A DNA stretch of 64,000 nucleotides from a bacterium. GTDB taxonomy: Bacteria; 4484-113; JAFGCY01. Positions 36,716 to 43,453 of this stretch are shown here, one piece after another. The stretch covers positions 5,092-69,091 of the forward strand of contig JAGRNR010000009.1 of NCBI GenBank assembly GCA_020440645.1. The letters are read 5' to 3'. The notes beneath the pieces are model-generated. The model ran no database searches, was not told the DNA's origin, and saw nothing but the letters and a program-made list of their open reading frames with translations. The position numbers were made by a program, and so were the translations under genes. Positions within the stretch are counted from its first letter, which is position 1, and the number at the start of each line of letters is the position of its first letter.

Positions 36716-37869
36716 CACTTGTCGACCTCCCCGATCATGATGTCGAGGCTGCCGTAGATCACGAACAGGTCCGCCAGCAGGTAGCCGCGGCACAGCTCGT
36801 CCAGCAGGAACAGGTGGTACAGGCTCGGCGCACGCAGGTGCATGCGGCTCGGGCGGTTGCTGCCGTCGCTGACGAGTGTCAGGCCGAGCTCGCCGCGCGG
36901 GCTCTCGACCGCCGTGTAGACCTCGCCGCGTGAGACCTGCATCGCAGCGAAGTCTGGGCTGACATCCGCCGCCCGCAGCTCGCCGTTGTCAATGTAAGCC
37001 AGGCAGTGCTCAATGATGCGCAGGCTCTCGCGCATCTCGACGAAGCGCACGCGGTAGCGGTCCAGCACATCGCCATACTCGCCGGTCGGCACATGCAGCT
37101 CCAGCTCGCCGTACATCGCATAGGGCTGGTCGCGGCGCAGGTCATGCGCGATCCCGCTGCCGCGCAGCACGGGCCCGGTGGCACCGTGCTCGAAGGCGAA
37201 CTCGGGCTCGAGCGTGCCGATCAGCTCGCTGCGGTTGACCCAGATCGCGTTGTCAGAGAAGAAGTCCTCGTATTCATCCAGCCGGCCCTGGAACCACAGG
37301 CAGAATGCCCGCACATGGCCGCTGAAGTCCTCCGGCGGGGCAGTGCGCACGCCGCCGGGCACGATCCAGCCGTGGTGGTGGCGGTGCCCGCTGAGCATCT
37401 CCAGCAGGTCGAGCAGCATCTCGCGCTCGCGCAGCGAGATGAAGATCGGGGTGTAGGCGCCGGCCTCCAGGCCGAGGTTGCCAAACCAGAACAGGTGGTT
37501 GCCGATCCGGCTCAGCTCCAGCACAAGGGTGCGCAGCCACTGCGCACGGGCCGGAACCGTGATCCCCTCGATGCGCTCGATGGCGTCCGCCACCAGCCAG
37601 TCCGCATTGCTGCCGGCCAGCCACTCGCAGCGGGACAACAGCCCCGCCGCCTGGGCGTAGTTGCGCTGGGTCACCAGCTGCTCCACGCCGCGGTGCATGA
37701 AGCCGACCTCCGGCGTGATGCGCTCGATCAGCTCGCCGTCCGCCTGTACCCGCAGTTCCAGCGGGCTCGGCAGGCTCGGATGCTGCGGGCCGACGGAGTA
37801 GACCAGCTTCTCGGTCAGCAGCGGGTCGCGGCGGATCTCGACACGGCGATCAGAGCTGCGCGTCATCAA
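36715..37869 (-). CDS. NuoD (49 kDa)-like subunit lacking quinone-site His/Tyr and any NiFe-binding cysteines
   Basis: GPQHPSLPSPLELRV… (canonical GPQHP.AHGV), …GFMHRGVEQL…, …RIGNHLFWFGN…, and C-terminal …YGSLDIMIGEVDK (complex-I-type ending, no CxxC). 384 aa. Overlaps the nuoC stop by ~20 nt. Confidence 0.85.
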   Translation of the reverse strand: MMTRSSDRRVEIRRDPLLTEKLVYSVGPQHPSLPSPLELRVQADGELIERITPEVGFMHRGVEQLVTQRNYAQAAGLLSRCEWLAGSNADWLVADAIERIEGITVPARAQWLRTLVLELSRIGNHLFWFGNLGLEAGAYTPIFISLREREMLLDLLEMLSGHRHHHGWIVPGGVRTAPPEDFSGHVRAFCLWFQGRLDEYEDFFSDNAIWVNRSELIGTLEPEFAFEHGATGPVLRGSGIAHDLRRDQPYAMYGELELHVPTGEYGDVLDRYRVRFVEMRESLRIIEHCLAYIDNGELRAADVSPDFAAMQVSRGEVYTAVESPRGELGLTLVSDGSNRPSRMHLRAPSLYHLFLLDELCRGYLLADLFVIYGSLDIMIGEVDK

Positions 37870-38434
37870 GCACCTCCCGCATCGCCGCGTCCGCGCGCTG
37901 TTTCAGCACGTTTTCAGCGTAGTTCTCATGTGAGGCAGCCCTGAACTCCCGCCTGAGCGGGAAGCCCTGCAGCTGCGGGTCGAGGATCAGGCCAATGAGG
38001 TTAGGGTTGCCGGCGAAGGGGATGCCGAAGAACTCGAAGATCTCGCGCTCCATCAGCTCCGTGGCCCGCCAGATCAGGCTCAGGCTGGGGTGCACGCTCT
38101 GCCCGGCATAGGCCGGCGCGGCCTCGCTGTCCTCCCCGCCCGGATCCGTTGCCGGGGGATTGCCCTCCAGCAGGGTGAATTTCCATTTCAGTGTGAGGCT
38201 GACGTCATGCCGCCTGCCGTGCCTGAGCGTCAGGTAGAGGTGGAAGTCCGGCCCGCCGAGGTGGTTGGCGGTCATGTTCAGCGCACGGATGAAGCCGATG
38301 TTCTTCAGCTGGCGGCAGACCAGCGGCAGCTGGCCGCTGTCCGTCAGGATCGCCCAGCCGCGGGCGGGGTCCAGCAGCAGCACATCACCGCAGTCCTCAC
38401 GGATCTGACCGGCAAGCTCATCAGGGAGCACCAA
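37850..38434 (-). CDS. NuoC (30 kDa)-like subunit
   Basis: …ELMEREIFEFFGIPFAGNPNLIGLILDPQLQGFPLRREF… matches the NuoC signature (E.E..E.FGI.F.GHP.L.R.L…G.PLRKDF). 194 aa. First gene after an AT-rich intergenic region. Confidence 0.8.
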   Translation of the reverse strand: MVLPDELAGQIREDCGDVLLLDPARGWAILTDSGQLPLVCRQLKNIGFIRALNMTANHLGGPDFHLYLTLRHGRRHDVSLTLKWKFTLLEGNPPATDPGGEDSEAAPAYAGQSVHPSLSLIWRATELMEREIFEFFGIPFAGNPNLIGLILDPQLQGFPLRREFRAASHENYAENVLKQRADAAMREVLDDAQL

Positions 38435-38656
38435 GTCCTCCCCATCCTGGCTGGATTACGGCAATCGGCATACAGGTATAAACGATCAAAAGCCCCACAG
38501 CGTTACCTTATACATACAAAATGCAAAGGCTTTTGTAATTCTAGCCGATGGGGCAGCGCTGATCACCGCCTGCAGGCAATTGGTTGAAGGGCGTGTGGGT
38601 CTGCCAGCCCAATTGTTAACAGCGGGAAAATCAAAGTAAAGTCCCGATTCAATTAG
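38435..38656. promoter_or_regulatory. AT-rich divergent intergenic region (promoters for the nuoC-led operon and the sensor-kinase unit)
   Basis: Low-GC stretch (…gtataaacgatcaaaagcc…ttatacatacaaaatgcaaaggcttttgtaattctag…gggaaaatcaaagtaaagtcccgattcaattagttgattcattatcttgcgag…) between divergent gene starts. Confidence 0.45.
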
Positions 38657-39025
38657 TTGATTCATTATCTTGCGAGCCTGGATAATTTCTATAATTCAAA
38701 TCGTCAGACCCAGTCTGTACCGGTTGAATTCAAGATTCCAGGTCAAGGCATGCCACAGCAGCATGAATTAATTACTGCAATCCTCGGACTTGGCGTGTTG
38801 TTGCTGATGATCGTGCAACGCCGCCAGCTGCGGCTCATCCCTGACTACCGCTGGCTGTTCCTCTCCTACTGCCTGATCCTGCTGGCCTGGCTGCTGACCA
38901 TTGCGGAAGATTACTGGCTGCCGGTCTACATGAACCTGCTGGAGCATATCTGTTACCTGGCCAGCGCAGCGCTGGTCGCCTGGTGGACACAGAAGTTCCT
39001 CAGAAGGGAAGCGCCACAGCAATGA
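38657..39025 (+). CDS. Small membrane protein (2-3 TM), translationally coupled to the downstream sensor kinase
   Basis: 122 aa. TM segments (LITAILGLGVLLLMIV; WLFLSYCLILLAWLLTIA; ICYLASAALVAWW). Its TGA (39023-39025) overlaps the ATG (39022-39024) of the next gene (caATGAgc). Confidence 0.5.
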   Translation: MIHYLASLDNFYNSNRQTQSVPVEFKIPGQGMPQQHELITAILGLGVLLLMIVQRRQLRLIPDYRWLFLSYCLILLAWLLTIAEDYWLPVYMNLLEHICYLASAALVAWWTQKFLRREAPQQ

Positions 39026-40836
39026 GCATGCTGCTGACGGTGTTTGACCTGCTGAGCCTGCTGGCCGTGCTGTCTGCACTGTGGCTGGCGGCAGCCAGGC
39101 GGATTGCCGGCCTGCGGCGTGACTACCTGTGGTGCCTGATCATCCTGCTGGTGGTGCTGGGTCTCAACTTCCTCAGCAACCTGCTGGACAACAGCGGGCT
39201 GAGCCCCTGGCTGGAGCGCTTCGAGGACTACCCCGGACTGCTGCAGCCGGTGTTCTGGGGCATCCTCCTGATGAGCCTGGTGCAGGACCGCGCCCTGCGC
39301 CGCACCGAGCTCTCTGAACAGCGGCTGCGCGGCCTGCTGGACGCGATGCGTGACGGGGTTGCCACTATTGACCCGGGTGGCGTGTTCCGCTTTGCCAACC
39401 CGGCGGCCGCGGAAATCCTCGGGGTTGCCCACGGCAGCCTTAGCGGCCGCAGTCTGGACGAGTTCTGGCTGGCTACCGAATCGCATACTTGCCGGATGCT
39501 GCCACATTCCCCGGGCCAGGATTACAGCGCCTACGAATGCGGCATCCGCCATGGCAGCGGCGACAGCCTCGTGCTGCTGCTGCAGGTCTCGCCGATCCCG
39601 GGCCAGCCCCGCCAGCGCCTGCTGTTCATGCATGATGTGACCCCGCTGCGCCGGGCCGAGCACAGCCTGCAGCAGGCCCAGGCCCAGCTCGGACAGGCCC
39701 AGCGGCTGGAGGCGATCGGCACGCTGGCCAGCGGCATCGCCCATGACTTCAACAACATCCTGTTCGCGATTTCCGGCAACAGCCAGATCGCGCTGGATAC
39801 TGAGGGACTGACCGTCGATGCGCGGGAGAGCCTGCGCGAGATCGACACCGCCAGCCGCCGCGCCTCCGACCTGGTGGCGCAGATCCTCAACTTCAGCCGC
39901 AGCGAGAAGAGCCGGACACGGGACCTGTTGCCACTTCCGGTTGTCAAGGAAGTGCTGCGCCTGCTGCGCTCCACCGTGCCGCCGCAGGTCAGCATCCAGC
40001 TCAGCCATGACGAATCGACGTGCCGGATCCATGCCGACCCGACCGACCTGCACCAGCTGCTGATGAACCTCTGCACCAATGCGATCCAGGAGATGGCGGT
40101 GGAGGGCGGGACGCTGCGGGTCCGGTTGGAGTGCAGCAATCCACCGCCGACACTGGCCGAGCGGGGAATGCTGCAGCCTAAACCACACCTGATGCTCAAG
40201 GTCAGTGACACGGGGGGCGGTATTCCACCGGATGCGCTGCCGCACATCTTCGAGCCCTTCTTCACGACCAAGCCAAGCGGTGAGGGCACCGGTCTAGGGC
40301 TGTTCGTTGTCAGCGGGATCGTCAAGCGCCTGCAGGGACAGATCGAGATTGACAGCGAACCGGGCCATGGCAGCAGCTTCACGGTCTGGCTGCCGCTGTC
40401 CAGCGGGGCCGCTGATGCCGACGATGCCGGGCCGGGGCAGGCCACCGGCCGCGGCCGGGGCCGGCTGCTGGTGGTTGACGACGAGCCGGCGGTCAACCGG
40501 GTGCTGGCGCTGATGCTCGGCCAGCTCGGCTACAAGGTGACAACCTATAGCGACAGCTACCGCGCGCTCAGTGAGTTCCAGACCAACCCGGAGCAGTACG
40601 ACCTGCTGCTGTGCGACATCTCGATGCCGGGCCTGCGCGGCGATGAACTGGTGAAGCGGATACGCTCCGTTCGCCCAGGCCTGCCGGTGGTGCTGTGCTC
40701 CGGCAATCCGGATGTTCTGCCTCCGGGCAGTGCAACTGAACTGGGTGTGCATGCAGTGCTTAAGAAACCGGTTGACAAGCCACAGCTGGCGGATTGCATC
40801 GCCGAGGCACTTGGCAGTAACCGTGCACAGGCCTGA
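39022..40836 (+). CDS. Hybrid sensor histidine kinase (TM sensor, PAS, HisKA, HATPase_c, C-terminal receiver)
   Basis: ORF 38983..40836. Start placed at MSMLLTVFDLL… (ATGA coupling). Two or three TM helices, PAS-like region (LLDAMRDGVATIDPGGVFRFANPAAAEILG…), H-box (LEAIGTLASGIAHDFNNIL), N/G boxes (LMNLCTNAIQEM…; DTGGGIP…FEPFFTTKPSGEGTGLGL) and a receiver (RLLVVDDEPAVNRVLALMLGQLGYKV…DLLLCDISMPGLRG). Confidence 0.85.
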   Translation: MSMLLTVFDLLSLLAVLSALWLAAARRIAGLRRDYLWCLIILLVVLGLNFLSNLLDNSGLSPWLERFEDYPGLLQPVFWGILLMSLVQDRALRRTELSEQRLRGLLDAMRDGVATIDPGGVFRFANPAAAEILGVAHGSLSGRSLDEFWLATESHTCRMLPHSPGQDYSAYECGIRHGSGDSLVLLLQVSPIPGQPRQRLLFMHDVTPLRRAEHSLQQAQAQLGQAQRLEAIGTLASGIAHDFNNILFAISGNSQIALDTEGLTVDARESLREIDTASRRASDLVAQILNFSRSEKSRTRDLLPLPVVKEVLRLLRSTVPPQVSIQLSHDESTCRIHADPTDLHQLLMNLCTNAIQEMAVEGGTLRVRLECSNPPPTLAERGMLQPKPHLMLKVSDTGGGIPPDALPHIFEPFFTTKPSGEGTGLGLFVVSGIVKRLQGQIEIDSEPGHGSSFTVWLPLSSGAADADDAGPGQATGRGRGRLLVVDDEPAVNRVLALMLGQLGYKVTTYSDSYRALSEFQTNPEQYDLLLCDISMPGLRGDELVKRIRSVRPGLPVVLCSGNPDVLPPGSATELGVHAVLKKPVDKPQLADCIAEALGSNRAQA

Positions 40837-40884
40837 CGGGCGGGCGCGTCAGTGCTTTGTGATATACATGGGGAGGAGGCAGGC

Positions 40885-41250
40885 ATGGCGAAGAAGAAGT
40901 TCGAGGATGTGGACCCGCAGGTGCTGGCGGCCTACATGAAGATGATCGGGGGCGTTGAAGGGGTCGAGGCCAAGGGGGCCGCCGCGCCGTACACCTCCCT
41001 GAATGGCAATATGTACTCCAGTATCTCGAAGTTCAACGAGATCGGCCTGCGGCTGGCGAAGGATGAGCGCGAGGCCTTCCTCGAGAAGTACGACACCCGG
41101 CTCTACCACTCCATCCCCGGATATGTGCAGCGGGAGTATGTCACCGTGCCGCCTGCACTGTTTGGCAACACACGCACTCTGCGCAGCTGGTTCCGGAAGT
41201 CCTACGACTACGTCTCATCACTGCCGGCGAAGCCCACGAAGAAGAAGTAG
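40885..41250 (+). CDS. Small soluble protein, possibly TfoX N-terminal-domain-like
   Basis: ORF 40852..41250. Likely start MAKKKFEDV…. Pattern …MIGGVEGV…LNGNMYSSIS…IGLRL…EREAFLEKY…REYVTVPPALFGNTRTLRSWFRKSYDYVSSL is loosely reminiscent of TfoX_N. Low confidence in the family. Confidence 0.4.
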   Translation: MAKKKFEDVDPQVLAAYMKMIGGVEGVEAKGAAAPYTSLNGNMYSSISKFNEIGLRLAKDEREAFLEKYDTRLYHSIPGYVQREYVTVPPALFGNTRTLRSWFRKSYDYVSSLPAKPTKKK

Positions 41251-41741
41251 CGGGAAGGATTTCGGCGCTCGCTTGTCGGCAGTAGCGGGCGCGCTTGGCG
41301 ACGCCATGGAGTGATTGCCGCGAAGCAATGAGTGATGGTGTGTTGGTCTGCAGACCAACAGGGCCCTGTGGCTCTCAAGAGCCACACTCCGCCGCGTGCG
41401 CGCAGCCACGCGGAAAGCCCCTCTGCAATGAGCAATGCGGAGCAAGCAATGAGCCCGACGACACTCATTGCCAGACTCTGCGGCTCTGCGTTCACCAATA
41501 TCGCTCCACCCCAGCCGCATTGCCAACCAAGTGCAGGCTAGCCTCAGCCCAGTCAAACTGGAGAATTGTCAACACAGAGCCACCGAGCGCACAGAGTTTT
41601 CTGATCAGCTCCAGTCCCCGCATTTCCCTGACTTCGCTGCATCCCCTCCCAATCGCGGCTGGGCCGCGCCGGTTCTTCCGGTAACCCTGACCCTTGTTCT
41701 TCAGGTTGACTGATTCACTGGGAAATCCGAGACGAGCCAGT
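41251..41741. other. ~490 bp non-coding spacer rich in palindromes/hairpins and a repeated CAATGAG heptamer
   Basis: Perfect 20-bp palindrome TGTTGGTCTGCAGACCAACA (~41338-41357). Adjacent 8+2+8 palindrome GTGGCTCT-CA-AGAGCCAC. CAATGAG occurs 3 times (…gcgaagcaatgagtgatgg…, …tctgcaatgagcaatgcgg…, …gcaagcaatgagcccgacgacactcattgcc…), the last forming a hairpin with CTCATTG. No ORF of significant length with coding character. Confidence 0.5.
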
Positions 41742-42539
41742 CTATGAATACAGAAGATCCTCAAAATCCTCCGTCAGCTCTCCATGGAAAGTAGGGTAGT
41801 CAACCCTCCGGACATTGCGCCGCCATGGTCGCGGCCCCAGCTCGCTGCTTGTAAGCAGCTTGAGGTGAAGCGGATCGACATCTGTTGCCAGGCTGCATTC
41901 CGATCCGATGATCCCGTCTTTGTCCATGAAGTCCGTGTTTGGCCAGATATTGAAACTGCGACCGGATGACGTCCGGATCGAAGTCGGATTGAAGCCCATG
42001 GCAATCTCCATGGCATTGTAGCTTTCCCTGCGGATATCCAGCGGCAGGGCAAACCTTGACTGCTCAACATGCGCTGCATCCGACAATGCAGACTCTCCCT
42101 TTTGCCATTCGGGAAGGGGCATCGAGGCACTCAGGATGACAAAGGCCTTCTCTTGCCAGACGCCCGCATGATCCCTGACACAGCATGGGAACATCAGCCA
42201 CTTCATCCGCCGTTGAAACGCCGCGAATCCCACGCTGCCAATGTTCAGCAGCAGTTCCGCAAGCACTTTCGCCGGTTTCTCCATACCGGCATCCCAGGAC
42301 CTGGCCTTATCCAGGCAGCCTGCCGGAATTCTGAGCAGAAATCCCGATGCATGATCGAGATACCAGTCGGCATTGCATCTGGTGCAGATGTGCAGGATTC
42401 CGCGTTGCCAGCTTTCCCTGCGGATGATGAGCTTGTGCAGTTTGAAGTATGGGGTTTCCTCCCGGACACTTGCAGGAGGATCAGGATCCCAGGGGAGTGA
42501 TTCCCTGACCTGACAAGGGCAGCTGGCCTTGATACTCAT
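41742..42539 (-). CDS. Hypothetical Cys-rich protein (N-terminal CxC…CxxC zinc-ribbon-like motif), third gene of the nuoA-nuoB-like operon. Lower GC than surroundings.
   Basis: 265 aa. MSIKASCPCQV…ICTRCNADW…MFPCCVRDH…. GC visibly lower (about mid-50s %) than the flanking ~65% DNA. Starts 20 nt after the nuoB-like stop on the same strand. Confidence 0.5.
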   Translation of the reverse strand: MSIKASCPCQVRESLPWDPDPPASVREETPYFKLHKLIIRRESWQRGILHICTRCNADWYLDHASGFLLRIPAGCLDKARSWDAGMEKPAKVLAELLLNIGSVGFAAFQRRMKWLMFPCCVRDHAGVWQEKAFVILSASMPLPEWQKGESALSDAAHVEQSRFALPLDIRRESYNAMEIAMGFNPTSIRTSSGRSFNIWPNTDFMDKDGIIGSECSLATDVDPLHLKLLTSSELGPRPWRRNVRRVDYPTFHGELTEDFEDLLYS

Positions 42540-42558
42540 GGTTCATGGTAATGCGATC

Positions 42559-43011
42559 CTACCGCCACGCAAACCGCTCATCCAGCGCACCCGAGAGGAT
42601 GCGCTCCCGGAGCGCGATGATGCCGTCGATCAGCTGCTCGGGCCGCGGCGGGTCGCCCGGCACATAGATGTCCACTGGTACGATGCGGTCCACTCCCCCG
42701 TCCACCGCATAGCTGCCGTCGAAGGGCGCGCCGCTGATCGCCCCCGCGCCAAACGCCATCACGAAGGCCGGGTCGGCCATCGAGGCATGCAGCCGGCGGA
42801 TCACCGGGGCCATCTTGTTGTTGACGACGCCGGCCACGATCAAAAGGTCCACCTGGCGCGGGCTGGGGCGCATCACCTCAGAGCCGAAGCGCGCGATGTC
42901 ATAGCGCGGCGAGATCGCGCTGAACAGTTCCAGCGTGGCGTAGTCCAGTCCGAGCATCAGCGGCCACAGGGAATGGGCACTGGCCTCGCGGATGAGGTCC
43001 TTCAGACCCAT
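42559..43011 (-). CDS. NuoB (PSST/20 kDa)-like subunit in which all four cysteine ligands of Fe-S cluster N2 are replaced
   Basis: …HSLWPLMLGLDYATLELFSA… (canonical …WP..FGL[A/S]CC..EMM…); …VDLLIVAGVVNNKMAPVIRRL…; …VMAFGAGAISGAPFDGSY… (canonical MG.CA.[S/N]GG…); …IVPVDIYVPGDPPRPEQL… (canonical PGCPP). Overall NuoB fold signatures are intact (ARFG.E..R.SPRQ.D; KMAP; PVD.Y.PG.PPRPE). 150 aa. Overlaps nuoA by 10 nt. Confidence 0.8.
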   Translation of the reverse strand: MGLKDLIREASAHSLWPLMLGLDYATLELFSAISPRYDIARFGSEVMRPSPRQVDLLIVAGVVNNKMAPVIRRLHASMADPAFVMAFGAGAISGAPFDGSYAVDGGVDRIVPVDIYVPGDPPRPEQLIDGIIALRERILSGALDERFAWR

Positions 43012-43400
43012 TCCAGCGCTCCCTTGCGGTAGGCATAGGCCCAGCCGACGAGCAGGATGCCGAGGAACACGAACATCTCGCCCAGTGAGGCGGCCCCGAT
43101 CGGCGTGAAGGTGATGTCGTCATTGCCGAACACCAGCAGCCGGAAAGCGGTGGCCCAGGGGAAGATGAACATGATGTCCACGTCGAACATGAGGAACACG
43201 ATCGCGAGGATGTAGAAGCGGATGTTGAAGCGCACCAGCGCATCGCCGGTGGCCTGCGCGCCGGATTCATAGCTCAGGCGCTTGAGGAAGTTCGGCCGCC
43301 GCGGACGCCACAGGTTCAGGAAAGCGAATGCCAGCCCGATCAGCACCGCCCCGCCCAGCAGGAAGAGTGCCACCCAGTTGTACTGTCCAACGGTGTTCAT
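43002..43400 (-). CDS. NuoA/ND3-like subunit
   Basis: …LSYESGAQATGDALVRFNIRFYILAIVFLMFDVDIMFIFPWAT…YRKGALEWV matches NuoA (YECG…F.[IV]RFY…A..F..FDVE..F..PWA; C-terminal KGALEW). 132 aa, 3 TM. Confidence 0.8.
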   Translation of the reverse strand: MNTVGQYNWVALFLLGGAVLIGLAFAFLNLWRPRRPNFLKRLSYESGAQATGDALVRFNIRFYILAIVFLMFDVDIMFIFPWATAFRLLVFGNDDITFTPIGAASLGEMFVFLGILLVGWAYAYRKGALEWV

Positions 43401-43453
43401 GTCTCACTTGCGGCAGCAGGCCGCTCCCTGATTATAGGCCAGAGCGGGCAGGC

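Noticed and set aside
34790-37944. ORFs 34790..36205 (+) and 37006..37944 (+) and smaller ones in this block
   Set aside because: Antisense to the nuoH- and nuoD-like genes, which have diagnostic motifs on the minus strand.
38657-39025. Interpreting the small membrane ORF as the frameshifted N-terminus of the sensor kinase
   Set aside because: The ATGA stop-start overlap at 39022-39025 is a classic translational-coupling arrangement, and the kinase has its own TM segments. I cannot exclude a frameshift, so this is kept as a caveat in the findings.
38953-40496. Minus-strand ORFs 38953..40245 (430 aa) and 39531..40496 (321 aa)
   Set aside because: Antisense to the hybrid histidine kinase (H-, N-, G-boxes and receiver on the plus strand).
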